DNA of 64,000 nt, taken from positions 192,001 through 256,000 of the forward strand of contig JAHPZE010000001.1 of assembly GCA_019058365.1 (NCBI GenBank), in the 5' to 3' direction. Positions 49,786 to 60,360 of the stretch are shown here, one piece after another; the stretch's first letter is position 1, and each line of letters begins with the position of its first letter. The notes below the pieces were generated by a model that worked only from the letters and a program-made list of their open reading frames with translations, made no database searches and had not been told where the DNA came from. A program made the position numbers and the translations under genes. The stretch is from Promethearchaeota archaeon (GTDB taxonomy: Archaea > Asgardarchaeota > Lokiarchaeia > Sigyniarchaeales > SOKP01).

Positions 49786-50433
49786 ATGCCAAGCGGAGTA
49801 ATTTCTCACCAAGCACCAGGATTATTAATTAAAATTAAATATCCAAGTAAGTTTGATGGAACAGCTCTATGTCTCAGTACATTAGTTCCCGATTTAAATG
49901 TACTCATTGACCCCTTTTTATCATTTTCATTTAGAAATTTAACTCATAGCTTATTAGGATTAATAATTTATACGATACCTTTAACGATAATATTAGCAAT
50001 TATTTTTTGCAGAAATATTAGTCCATTTATGGCTAAGATTGCGAAAAGAGATAATGTAATATATAAGCCATTGAAATATTTTGGCGTAGATGAATGGGAT
50101 AATTTAAAAAAAAAAAAATACAATAAGAGATTCTTTATTATTTCGTCTTACTCTGCACTTATCGGGGGATTAACACATCTTTTACTAGATCTTCCAGCAC
50201 ATGAATATGTAGAATTGTTTTATCCAATAATATTACAAAATCCTGACTTTTTATTATACTCTATTATAGATTTTGGCCCTATTACTATTGGTTCAATGCA
50301 AATTGAACGTAATTTAACAGTCTATCAACTTATATGGATGATCGAAACCTTAATTACATTTGTTATAGCTCTTTATCTTCTTAGATACATTAAAAAGCGT
50401 AATTTAATTAGCAAATGGTATGAAGATAGGTGA
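49786..50433 (+). CDS. Membrane-bound metal-dependent hydrolase, DUF4184-like
   Basis: SH, PD, THS, THLLLD motifs. Confidence 0.75.
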   Translation: MPSGVISHQAPGLLIKIKYPSKFDGTALCLSTLVPDLNVLIDPFLSFSFRNLTHSLLGLIIYTIPLTIILAIIFCRNISPFMAKIAKRDNVIYKPLKYFGVDEWDNLKKKKYNKRFFIISSYSALIGGLTHLLLDLPAHEYVELFYPIILQNPDFLLYSIIDFGPITIGSMQIERNLTVYQLIWMIETLITFVIALYLLRYIKKRNLISKWYEDR

Positions 50434-50440
50434 ATCATCA

Positions 50441-51424
50441 ATGAATTCAACCTTAAAAATAGTTCGAAAGCAGGAAATCATTGCATATATATTATTAATC
50501 ATAACTATGGTCATTTGGGGAGGCACATGGCCATTAGGTCGATGGTTAGTTTCTGAAGAAGTAGGAGGCGCAACAATCCCACCATTCATGATAGCAGCGA
50601 TCCGATATTTTTTAGCTATAATTTGTTTTTTTCTCATTCTTAAATTTAAAGAAGGAACGTTAAATTGGCAATTTGCAAAGAAAAATTGGAAGATCTTAGC
50701 CATGATGGGGTTTTTATCTGTTACAATTTATCAAGCAGGTTATCTTTTAGGTGAAATCTTCACGGCTGCGAGTGATGCAAGTATAATGGTCGCAACAAAT
50801 GCTATTTGGGTTGTAATTCTTTCCAGCATTTTCTTAAAAACAGAATTTTTTAACTGGAAAAAAGCAGCTGGATCTTTGTTAGCATTTCTAGCGGTTATCC
50901 TTGTTGTAGGGTTTTCTCCAAATGTAGAGGTTTTGAATCGATTTCTTGGAGATATTTTAATATTGGGAGCGGCATTTGCTTATGCTACATATACTATCAT
51001 TTCGCGTTATTTTTTGAACAAGACTAAAAGCGAAGCTGAATCCCATCAACCGAGCTCTATATGGATAATGACATGGGTATCATTTTTTGGATTTTTAACA
51101 ACCACTCCAATAGCTTTAATTATCAGCCCGGAATACCTTAACCCTCTTTGTTACATTTCAATTCCTCCCCGAGTATGGATAGGAATTGCATATTTAGCAT
51201 TTTTATCAACAATAGGCGCATATACATTTTATTTAGAGGGAGTAAAACGTTTAGATGCCAGCAGAGCAGCAATTTTTCAAGCATTAGTTCCTTTATTTGG
51301 TGTATTATTTTCTGCGATATTCCTTCAAGAAAACTTCGATATTTTCATTTATCCCTTCTCTTTATTATTGGTTGTTTTAGGAATAATTCTTGTAAATATT
51401 AAAAAAAATAAGAAAGTGGATTAA
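50441..51424 (+). CDS. EamA/DMT family transporter
   Basis: IWGGTW, AAIRY, about ten TM, two EamA halves; ATG at 50441 preferred over 50420. Confidence 0.9.
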   Translation: MNSTLKIVRKQEIIAYILLIITMVIWGGTWPLGRWLVSEEVGGATIPPFMIAAIRYFLAIICFFLILKFKEGTLNWQFAKKNWKILAMMGFLSVTIYQAGYLLGEIFTAASDASIMVATNAIWVVILSSIFLKTEFFNWKKAAGSLLAFLAVILVVGFSPNVEVLNRFLGDILILGAAFAYATYTIISRYFLNKTKSEAESHQPSSIWIMTWVSFFGFLTTTPIALIISPEYLNPLCYISIPPRVWIGIAYLAFLSTIGAYTFYLEGVKRLDASRAAIFQALVPLFGVLFSAIFLQENFDIFIYPFSLLLVVLGIILVNIKKNKKVD

Positions 51425-51542
51425 TTTTCAATCCCTGAGACAAATTCTATTATTGATCGGCAACTACAAAAAAAAATTCATAATTTCAATATAACATTAA
51501 CTATATGTTTTTATATCAGAATTTATTTCTAACAAGTAGAAA

Positions 51543-51890
51543 ATGAATGAGAATAAGGATTATTATGAACTTTTAGGGATTGAAAAAGATTCTACAGAAG
51601 AGGAAATCAAGTTAGCATATAGAAAATTAGCTAAAAAATATCATCCCGATGTAAATAAAACTGATCCTAAAGCGAAAGAGAAATTTATCGAAATAAAAGA
51701 AGCTTATGAAACCTTAACTGATCCTATAAAACGTAGAATCTATAATCAACCAAAAAATAATCCTCAAAACCCAGATTGGAGTGATCTATTTAGAATTTCT
51801 GATTTTAGGACTTTTATCGAAATAATGAGACGAATGAATAGAAATTCAGCTCTATATTATAAACCTCCTCCTGAAGGGATGTACATCTAA
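51543..51890 (+). CDS. Small J-domain protein
   Basis: [29 protein letters not shown]. Confidence 0.92.
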   Translation: MNENKDYYELLGIEKDSTEEEIKLAYRKLAKKYHPDVNKTDPKAKEKFIEIKEAYETLTDPIKRRIYNQPKNNPQNPDWSDLFRISDFRTFIEIMRRMNRNSALYYKPPPEGMYI

Positions 51891-52033
51891 TAAGGTGATT
51901 TTCTATTTGTTTGCCTAATATCTTAAGGAAATATTAGAATTTTTTTTAATAAAAATAATATAAATTTATAAGTTCATTATTTCATTTAGAATAGATCTGA
52001 TAATGTTGATTTAATTTTAATTCAGGTTATAAT

Positions 52034-52303
52034 ATGGTTGATTCCTCAAAATCTGACTTAGTGAATAAGATTAAAACTGAATATAATAAAAAATTGAAAG
52101 AATTAGAATCAAGGTTAGCATTAAAACATAAAGAATTGAAACAAATTGAAAATGAGCTTATTCATGACACAAAAAAGATTGATCATTCAAATGTTGGTAA
52201 ATTAAAATCACAAAAAGCAGAAATAAACGCAGCTATATTATTGTTAAAAAAAGAAATTAAAAAAGTCAGTAAGGAAAGGACTAAAAAACTTAAAAAATTG
52301 TGA
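52034..52303 (+). CDS. Small basic coiled-coil protein
   Basis: Two heptad-patterned K/E-rich helices. Confidence 0.6.
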   Translation: MVDSSKSDLVNKIKTEYNKKLKELESRLALKHKELKQIENELIHDTKKIDHSNVGKLKSQKAEINAAILLLKKEIKKVSKERTKKLKKL

Positions 52304-52446
52304 AGATTCCTTTTTGTTTAATTTTTTATTCTCATGGAATGTTTCTTGATTTTTCAATAAGACTTATAGATTTTAATAATTAAAATATTAATAGATCTTG
52401 AATAGACAAAAAAAAATAAATTAAACTAAAAAATTTTAAAATACCT

Positions 52447-52572
52447 ATGGCTGAAGTTAATCAAGAAATGGGAAATTGCGAAGAATGTGGGACGGCGATT
52501 AATCTAGCTGAAGCATGGAGAGTAAACGAAAAATTTTATTGTCAAAATTGCTTTGAGAAATTGAACCTCTAA
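52447..52572 (+). CDS. 41-aa Cys4 zinc-finger microprotein (LIM-like half finger)
   Basis: Manual translation MAEVNQEMGNCEECGTAINLAEAWRVNEKFYCQNCFEKLNL*; shorter than any ORF in the track. Confidence 0.7.
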   Translation: MAEVNQEMGNCEECGTAINLAEAWRVNEKFYCQNCFEKLNL

Positions 52573-53267
52573 TTTTACCGCCTTAAATTTTAAAGTCTTT
52601 TCATAACTAGTTTTTTTATGAAATTATCTTAAGATAACTCTATTTTGAGCTAACTGATGGACAATGGATATAATATTTAGATACTCTTTATAAATAAATA
52701 AAAAAATAAGAAAATTGTATTTAAGAATTATTCTGGTGTCGCTCGTTTTTTCATAAAGATATATACACGAGCACTTATAATTAAGTATTAAATTATAAAA
52801 TTCGAATATCATGAATTAATCTTTCTAACTGAATTTATTCTGCAATAATCCAAGAAATAAGACTATAATTTATTAAAATTAATTCTCTAATACTAGGGTC
52901 ATCATTAATAGTATTTTAAAAAGGGTAAAAACCCGAAAAATATCCCTAACATTGGAAAGGATATTATTGTTATTAATTGAATCTATTCTTTTAAAAAACT
53001 TAATCATGTACTACGTCAGTTAGTCTAACTTTCTTTAAGTTTTAAATTCCCTTTTTTGCAAGGATTATTTAAATTAATGCTTTTCAGTAAAACATCGATT
53101 TTCAGTTTTATTAAGAATATTAATTAATCTTTTTCACAGATATTACCTAAATAATAAGGATATTCAGTTAGAGTTCTTACTACGTTTATGAGAGGGAGAT
53201 TTATAATTTTTACGCCATATTATTATAAAAGTGATTAGCTTACATTCTAATAATATATAATTAAAAT

Positions 53268-54662
53268 ATGAGAAAAATAATCGCTAAGATGTTAATTCAC
53301 AAATCTGGGAATAATACGTTTATTTATGTTATTGCGATGGTATCAGGACTAAGCGGAATGTTATTTGGTTATGATACTGGTGTCATTTCTGGGGCTATTC
53401 TGTTTATCAAGCAAGAATATACTCTTTTACCATTTATACAGGGATTAGTTATTAGTGCTGTATTAATTGGAGCAATAATCGGAGCATTTATTGGTGGAAC
53501 GTTAGCAGATCGTTATGGACGAAGAAAAATGATTATTGTAGCAGCAATTATATTTACTGGGGGTGCCATTGGAACCTCATTAACACTAAATATAATTTTC
53601 TTGATCATTGGAAGAATAATTGTAGGAATTGCTATAGGGATGGCATCCTTTATTGCTCCACTCTATATTTCTGAAATGTCTCCACCAAGGATTAGAGGAT
53701 CATTAGTGTCCTTAAATCAATTATTTATTACTATAGGAATTGTTATATCTTACTTGGTGGATTATGCTTTTACTCCTATAAGTGGTTGGCGTTATATGCT
53801 TGGTTTAGCGGCTATTCCCTCACTTATATTATTAATTGCAATGACCTTTATGCCAAATAGCCCACGATGGCTAGTTAATAATAGAAAGATGGATAAAGCA
53901 CGTTCTACCTTGATTGAGATTCGAAGGACTAATAATATCAATAATGAACTCAATGAAATAATGACTAGCCTAGATAAGCAAAAAGGAGGGAGAAAAGAAC
54001 TGTTTAGTCCTTTAATAAAACCTGCAATGATTGTGGGTATATCATTAGCAATTTTCCAACAAGTTACTGGAATTAATACCGTGATATATTATGCTCCGAC
54101 GATTTTTGAATTTGCAGGATTTCAATCAGCTGCAGCTGCTATCTTTGCTACAATCATAGTTGGAATTGTGAATGTAGGCTTTACTCTTGTTGCGATATTT
54201 TTGTTGGATCGCGTCGGTCGGCGTAAATTATTGTTACTCGGTTTAGCTGGTATGAGTGGGATGCTCATAATGTTAGGGATAGTATTCTTTTTACCAAGTT
54301 TATTAAATCAATTAGGAACATTAGCTGCAATTGGTTTAATTTCTTATGTTGCCTTTTTTGCTATAGGGTTAGGACCAGTCTTTTGGTTATTAATCTCCGA
54401 AATATATCCTCTAAAAGTTAGAGGTCTTGCGATGAGCATTGTAACAGAGGCTAATTGGGGATCTAATTTAATCATTGCGTTAACCTTTTTAACTCTGATT
54501 CAATTATTGGGACGTGCAGGTACATTTTGGCTTTATGCTGTTGTAGGAATATTGGCATTAATCTTTACGTATGTTTATGTTCCAGAAACTAAGGGAAGAA
54601 CCTTAGAAGAAATTGAAGAACATTGGCGTGGTGGAAAACATCCACGAGAATTGGGGAGATGA
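53268..54662 (+). CDS. Sugar porter family MFS transporter (GalP/XylE-like)
   Basis: FGYDTGVISGA, DRYGRR, YISE..P..RG, QQVTGIN...YY, PETKG. Confidence 0.93.
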   Translation: MRKIIAKMLIHKSGNNTFIYVIAMVSGLSGMLFGYDTGVISGAILFIKQEYTLLPFIQGLVISAVLIGAIIGAFIGGTLADRYGRRKMIIVAAIIFTGGAIGTSLTLNIIFLIIGRIIVGIAIGMASFIAPLYISEMSPPRIRGSLVSLNQLFITIGIVISYLVDYAFTPISGWRYMLGLAAIPSLILLIAMTFMPNSPRWLVNNRKMDKARSTLIEIRRTNNINNELNEIMTSLDKQKGGRKELFSPLIKPAMIVGISLAIFQQVTGINTVIYYAPTIFEFAGFQSAAAAIFATIIVGIVNVGFTLVAIFLLDRVGRRKLLLLGLAGMSGMLIMLGIVFFLPSLLNQLGTLAAIGLISYVAFFAIGLGPVFWLLISEIYPLKVRGLAMSIVTEANWGSNLIIALTFLTLIQLLGRAGTFWLYAVVGILALIFTYVYVPETKGRTLEEIEEHWRGGKHPRELGR

Positions 54663-54668
54663 TATTTT

Positions 54669-57089
54669 ATGAATCAAAAAGAAGTATTGTATGATGGTGA
54701 GGCACCAGGACATCCTGGAAAAGATCCCAGTTGGACATCAAGTGCAAAAGATGGAATAGGAACATCTATATCTCGTGAAAGCTTAGTTTGGTTTACATTA
54801 TCTAATGGTATCGTTGATGAAGTATATTATCCTCGTATTGATCAAGCAAATATTCGAGATCTTCAATTTCTTATTTCTAATGGCATTGATCTTTTCGAAG
54901 AAGAGAAAATTGACTGTGATCATAAGATTTCAACGTTAGATGAAGGAGTTCCTGCATATAAGATTACAAATACATCACATAAAAGAAGATATACAATAGA
55001 AAAAACAATTCTAACTGATCCTAGAAGGGATGTACTCTTGTTAAAAGTAAAATTTACACCTTTAAAAGGAAATTTTGATGATTACCATCTTTATACAATT
55101 TTGAATCCTCATGTCAAAAACTTTGGTTATGGCAACGATAGCTGGGTGGGTGATTATAAAGGCATTCCCATGCTTTTTGCTCAGAGAGAAGATGTTGTTT
55201 TAGCATTAGCATGTTCTACACCATTTATTAAAATGAGCTGTGGATTTTATGGTATAAGTGATGGTTGGCAAGATATTAATAAAAATCATACCTTATCACA
55301 TCAATATTCCCGTGCTTCAAATGGAAATGTTGTTATAACAGGAGAAATTGATTTAAAAGCAAGTAATGGAAACTTTATTTTAGTCGTTGCATTCGGAAAT
55401 AATCCGGCAGAAGCAGGTCAACTTGCCCGTAGTACTTTGTTTAATGATATTGATCAAATAATTGAGGCTTATACCCTATCTTGGTTAGAATTTCAGCAAA
55501 AATGTATGAATTTAGGCCAAGTTGGAAAAAAAGGATTCAATATTTACCGGTTGAGTATTGTAGTCTTAAAGACTCATATGGATAAACGTCTTTCAGATGG
55601 CACAATAGCGAGTTTATCAATTCCTTGGGGATTCGCTAAAGGGGACGATGATTTAGGAGGGTATCACTTAGTGTGGCCTAGGGATCTTGTTGAAACTGCA
55701 GGTGGACTTCTTGCAGTGGGAGCTAATATAGAAGCTTTACATATTATGATTTATTTAATGAGTACTCAAAATGAAGATGGACATTGGCCTCAAAATATGT
55801 GGTTAGATGGAACTGAATATTGGCATGGAATACAAATGGACGAAACTGCTTTTCCAATATTACTTGCGTATGCTCTAAAAAAAAATGGGCAGCTTAAAAA
55901 GATCAATATTTGGCCTACTATAAAAAAGGCTGTGAGCTTTTTAGCATGTAATGGTCCAGTCTCTCAAGAAGACCGATGGGAAGAAGATCCAGGTTATTCT
56001 CCCTTCACTTTAGCAGTAGAAATTGTTGCTCTGCTCATTGCATCAGAATTTGCTAAAGAAGCAGGGGAATCGTTAATTGCTAAATATTTAACAGAAGTAG
56101 CGGACTATTGGAATTCTAATATCGAAAAATGGACTTATGTTAAATATTCACATCTCACCGAGAGACTGTATGTTGAAGGTTATTATGTTCGAATAAGTCC
56201 TCCTGATTTTTCAGATGCACCCTCTCCCAAGGATGGTTATGTCCCTATTAAAAATAGACCTCCTGGTGAAAATAGAGCTCTTTTTGAATATATTGTTAGT
56301 CCTGATGCATTAGCTTTGGTACGATTTGGATTACGTGCTGCTGATGACCCAAGAATCGTCAATACAGTAAAAGTTGTTGATTCTATGTTAAAAACAGAAA
56401 CTTCAACTGGTCCTGTATGGCATCGTTATAATAAAGATGGATATGGAGAACATTTAAATGGAGATCCTTTCGATGGTACTGGAATTGGTAGGGGGTGGCC
56501 TCTTTTAGCAGGTGAACGTGCCCATTATGAACTAGCGAAAGGAAATATTGATCGAGCAGAAAAGCTTTTAAAAGTAATGGAAATGCAAGTTGGTTCGGGA
56601 GGACTCATTCCCGAACAAATTTGGGATGCAGAAGATATACCTCATAAGAATTTATTTAACGGGCATCCTTCAGGTTCTGCTATGCCCTTAGTCTGGGCGC
56701 ATTCTGAATATGTAAAATTAGTGCGATCATTAGAAGACAACAATATTTTTGATATGCCGTTTCTAACCAAACAGAGATATGTAAAAGAAAATCATCCTTC
56801 AAATCTAAAAATATGGAAATATAATCATAAATGTTCTCAAATGGATGTAGGAAAGATCTTGAGAATTGAATTAAGAGTTCCAGCCAGAGTTAGATGGTCC
56901 ATTGATGATTGGAAGACAATTCAAGAATCCGAAACAATTGATACAGGTTTAGGTATCTATTATGTAGATTTACCGACTAAAGATTTGAGTGAACAAGTAA
57001 AGTTGAGTTTTACATTCCATTGGTTAGCTCAAGATAAATGGGAAAATATTAATTATGAAATCGAATTGACCAATAAGAGTTCTGATTAA
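54669..57089 (+). CDS. GH15 glucan 1,4-alpha-glucosidase (glucoamylase/glucodextranase type)
   Basis: EVYYP, ASLSIPWG, YHLVWPRD, QMDETA, WEE, GRGWPLL.GER, PEQIWD, SAMPLVWAH. Confidence 0.93.
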   Translation: MNQKEVLYDGEAPGHPGKDPSWTSSAKDGIGTSISRESLVWFTLSNGIVDEVYYPRIDQANIRDLQFLISNGIDLFEEEKIDCDHKISTLDEGVPAYKITNTSHKRRYTIEKTILTDPRRDVLLLKVKFTPLKGNFDDYHLYTILNPHVKNFGYGNDSWVGDYKGIPMLFAQREDVVLALACSTPFIKMSCGFYGISDGWQDINKNHTLSHQYSRASNGNVVITGEIDLKASNGNFILVVAFGNNPAEAGQLARSTLFNDIDQIIEAYTLSWLEFQQKCMNLGQVGKKGFNIYRLSIVVLKTHMDKRLSDGTIASLSIPWGFAKGDDDLGGYHLVWPRDLVETAGGLLAVGANIEALHIMIYLMSTQNEDGHWPQNMWLDGTEYWHGIQMDETAFPILLAYALKKNGQLKKINIWPTIKKAVSFLACNGPVSQEDRWEEDPGYSPFTLAVEIVALLIASEFAKEAGESLIAKYLTEVADYWNSNIEKWTYVKYSHLTERLYVEGYYVRISPPDFSDAPSPKDGYVPIKNRPPGENRALFEYIVSPDALALVRFGLRAADDPRIVNTVKVVDSMLKTETSTGPVWHRYNKDGYGEHLNGDPFDGTGIGRGWPLLAGERAHYELAKGNIDRAEKLLKVMEMQVGSGGLIPEQIWDAEDIPHKNLFNGHPSGSAMPLVWAHSEYVKLVRSLEDNNIFDMPFLTKQRYVKENHPSNLKIWKYNHKCSQMDVGKILRIELRVPARVRWSIDDWKTIQESETIDTGLGIYYVDLPTKDLSEQVKLSFTFHWLAQDKWENINYEIELTNKSSD

Positions 57090-57204
57090 TTGATAATTCA
57101 ATTTAATCTTATGAACATTTGAGTTAAGTCTATTTGGTCTCTATTATTGTACAGGCAAAAATGTATAAAAAAATTTTTATTCGAATAGTTTGAATATGGC
57201 GTAA

Positions 57205-57318
57205 CTATTCAGGAATAATAATTGAATGATCTTCTTTTATTCGGTCTAAGACAATTTCAGTTTTAACCTCTTCAACTCCAGGAAGGTTGCGAAGGATTTC
57301 AATAAGACACTTAGAATC
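57205..57318 (-). pseudogene. Orphan 3' fragment of an Lrp/AsnC gene
   Basis: Translates as DSKCLIEILRNLPGVEEVKTEIVLDRIKEDHSIIIPE*, versus DSMGLIETLRNLPGVEEVKTEIVLDRIKEDHTIIIPE* at 59600. Confidence 0.9.
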
Positions 57319-57421
57319 TCGCAATAATTGTAAAAATGTAGTAATAGTGAAGTAAATCAATTTTTCAGGATAAACTCAGGATGAATTATATAAAAAAAAG
57401 AAGAATTAAGGAAATTAGGAA

Positions 57422-59398
57422 TTATACTAGTGTTGCTCGTTTTTTCATAAAGATATAGACAACGGCGATTACTGCGACTCCTCCGACTATAGACACAACG
57501 ACTACAACTATAATAACGGTTGGATCTATTCCACCAGCAGGGATACTTTTAGTAATCGTTACTTCTTCAAACGTGAGATTTCCTAAAGTATCATTAGCGT
57601 AGAATGTAATAGTAACTGATCCTTCAGATAGAGCAGCCCATGCGGCTTGATCAATAGTACCATTCGTAATAATATCAAATGTTGTTAAACCTCCATCAAG
57701 AGAATACCACATGGAGTCCAAGTGGTCATCTGTAACTGTAATTACGAAATTGGGGGCAGTAGTACCAAATTCGCTTCCAGCAGAAGGTGAATTGATTGTA
57801 ATAGTTGGAGCTTGAGTGTCTTTTTCTATGCTTAACTCAGCAGATCCAATATTTCCTACTAGATCTGAAGCATAAACTGTGAAAGTAATACTACCGTCAG
57901 ATAAGGCATCCCACGCTAATTGTTCAATAGTTCCAGTAGATCCAATAAATGTAAAGTTATGCATCCCTCCGTCAATTGTGTACCAAGTTTCATCAAGAAA
58001 ATCGTCTGTAATAGTAACACTAAAATCTGGGGCGTTAGTTCCAAAAACATCATCCTCAGAAGGACTATTAATGATTATTGATGGAGGTCCATCTTCCGCT
58101 ATTGGGAAGTAATCTATACTATTCGCTGAACCTTTAATGTAAGTGTATGGAGTATCTACAATTCCATCAGGTTCTGAATCTGGACCTGTCCAATTATCCC
58201 AGTAATTACCAATTGACGTGCTATTCCAAGTGTTATCAGTTCCATCATCAATCGCATGTATTCCATTTTCCAGAAAGAAATTTTTATAAATTGAGTTGTT
58301 ATCACACCCTGAAGCAATACGTATTCCCTGAGTATTATTATAGAAGATATTTTCAATTATGTCATTGTAATCGCAATTATTTTCTAGATATATCCCTGTA
58401 TCATCATTGTAGTTTGCGGTGTTTCCCGTGATGTTAGTGTAATGGGATTGATGTAAATATATCCCGAATTTAGTATTATTGTTAGCTGTGTTATCCGAGA
58501 TCGTGTTATCATAGCAATTAATAGCTAAATAAATCCCTCTTAAATTTTTATTTACGGTGTTTCCCGAGATGGTGTTATTATCGCAATCAAGATATAATGC
58601 TATCCCATAATAATTGGTATTTTCACTTGCGGTGTTTCCCGAGAGCGTGTTTCTAGAGCAATAAGAATCTAAAGTTATCCCATAATTGTTGAGGCTTGCG
58701 TTGTTTCCCGAGATCGTGTTATCATCGCAAGAATAGAAATATATCCCTGTATCATCATTATTACTTGCGGTGTTTCCCGAGAGGGTGTTATTATCGCAAT
58801 CAAGATTTAATCCTATCCCAAAATCGTTGAGGCTTGCAGTGTTTCCCGTGATGTTATTATCATCACAATTCATGGATAAATAAATCCCGTATCCAATGTT
58901 ATTATTTACGGTATTTCCCATAATTATGTTATCATCACTTTCATATAGGTATATTCCATAAGAATTATTATATGCTCGATTATCTACTATTTGTCCATTT
59001 GTGACATTATTTAATTTAAGTCCAGCGAAGCTAGCAACAGGGATATCTTTAAATGTAGAATTCTGAACTATAAAATACTTTCTTGAATTTTGAATTAGTA
59101 GGCAATCACTTGGACCTGCTGAGAGAAAGATCGAATCTTCTATTACGTAGGGAGTTCCCTTCGTTCCATCGCCTTTAGTACACCATGGTTGAGTTCTTGC
59201 CCATGTCCAATTCCCCCAACTCGTTCCGTTATTCGTAAGTGTATCGTCAATAAATATACCATTATAAGTACCTGAAATCTTTGGATTCTCAATTATAGGC
59301 TTATAATTACTACTGAAATTAAAATTATAATTAAGAATTAACGGAAAAATTAGTCCGATTACTAATAAAATAGCTAAATTTTTTGTTTTAGATTTCAA
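57422..59398 (-). CDS. Cell-surface protein: NosD/CASH parallel beta-helix + two Ig-like domains + C-terminal TM anchor
   Basis: Signal peptide; ~23-aa repeats GI.L...C.NNTISGNTA; GNYW; two P.I.INSP...YA.D..GN domains; TM followed by KKR. Confidence 0.88.
   Translation of the reverse strand: MKSKTKNLAILLVIGLIFPLILNYNFNFSSNYKPIIENPKISGTYNGIFIDDTLTNNGTSWGNWTWARTQPWCTKGDGTKGTPYVIEDSIFLSAGPSDCLLIQNSRKYFIVQNSTFKDIPVASFAGLKLNNVTNGQIVDNRAYNNSYGIYLYESDDNIIMGNTVNNNIGYGIYLSMNCDDNNITGNTASLNDFGIGLNLDCDNNTLSGNTASNNDDTGIYFYSCDDNTISGNNASLNNYGITLDSYCSRNTLSGNTASENTNYYGIALYLDCDNNTISGNTVNKNLRGIYLAINCYDNTISDNTANNNTKFGIYLHQSHYTNITGNTANYNDDTGIYLENNCDYNDIIENIFYNNTQGIRIASGCDNNSIYKNFFLENGIHAIDDGTDNTWNSTSIGNYWDNWTGPDSEPDGIVDTPYTYIKGSANSIDYFPIAEDGPPSIIINSPSEDDVFGTNAPDFSVTITDDFLDETWYTIDGGMHNFTFIGSTGTIEQLAWDALSDGSITFTVYASDLVGNIGSAELSIEKDTQAPTITINSPSAGSEFGTTAPNFVITVTDDHLDSMWYSLDGGLTTFDIITNGTIDQAAWAALSEGSVTITFYANDTLGNLTFEEVTITKSIPAGGIDPTVIIVVVVVSIVGGVAVIAVVYIFMKKRATLV
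58300..58960 (-). repeat. Coding tandem repeats of about 69 nt (beta-helix rungs)
   Basis: GTGTTTCCCG(A/T)GA and GTTAT(T/C)ATC(G/A)CAA recur at regular spacing. Confidence 0.75.
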
Positions 59399-59599
59399 AT
59401 TGTTGCACCTAAATTTTGTTTAGATGTGTATGTTAAGATAAACCAATATATAACGATATATATTTTCTTTTTATCAATACTCTTTGCGTATAAAAACAAT
59501 ATAATATGATTTGACACTAATGTTCGAATTTGATCGTTGAGATCTTTAAAGTATTTGTGTTTAATTTTAAAAGTCAAAAACACTTTTAGATTTGTTTAA

Positions 59600-60067
59600 C
59601 TACTCAGGAATAATAATCGTATGATCTTCCTTAATTCGATCTAAGACAATTTCAGTTTTAACTTCCTCAACTCCTGGAAGATTACGAAGTGTTTCTATAA
59701 GCCCCATAGAGTCTGAATGATCTAAACATTTTGCCATGATAAATAAAGGATACTCTCCTGTGACAACATAGGCATATTTTATTTTTTCCATCTTCTCAAT
59801 TTCGTTTTTAACATCCTCTAAAGGATTTGTTGCATTTACTCTCAGTGATGCCATTACCATTTCACGATATCCTAATTGGCGACAATCGATTAATGCGACA
59901 TACTTTTTAATTAATTCCTTTTCAAGTCGTTGAATACGGGCTCTTATAGCAGTAGCACTTTTATTTGTTTGATGAGCAATTTCTTTAATAGTTATTTTTG
60001 CGTCATCTTGTAATAACTCAAGAATTTGTCGATCTATATCATCAAGAGTTCCAATTGTTGATACCAT
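59600..60067 (-). CDS. Lrp/AsnC family transcriptional regulator
   Basis: LDDIDRQILELLQDDAK HTH, RIQRLE, VTGEY; divergent from the tusA operon. Confidence 0.92.
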   Translation of the reverse strand: MVSTIGTLDDIDRQILELLQDDAKITIKEIAHQTNKSATAIRARIQRLEKELIKKYVALIDCRQLGYREMVMASLRVNATNPLEDVKNEIEKMEKIKYAYVVTGEYPLFIMAKCLDHSDSMGLIETLRNLPGVEEVKTEIVLDRIKEDHTIIIPE

Positions 60068-60360
60068 AAAATTAATCCCTTTGATAATTTTTCAAGTTTT
60101 GTTATAACTGTTTATAGTTTATTAGTTTCTTACTTTCATTAGAAAGTAATATGTTCTATTTTTAATATAGAAGTTTTGATTTATAATTTTTTTTACTACA
60201 AACTTATGATCATATAGTTTTATTTATTAATAAATAATATGTTTATAGAAAAAAAAACTATACTTTAAATATGTAATTATATTTTTAATCTATAATGAGT
60301 ATCAAATTTAAATTAATATGATACCCAAAGTGAAAAAAATAAAAAAAAAAACTAAAAAAA

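Noticed and set aside
58300-58960. Regularly spaced repeats considered as a CRISPR array or DGR template/variable repeats
   Set aside because: The repeats are in-frame coding beta-helix rungs; there are no unique spacers, cas genes or reverse transcriptase in the window.
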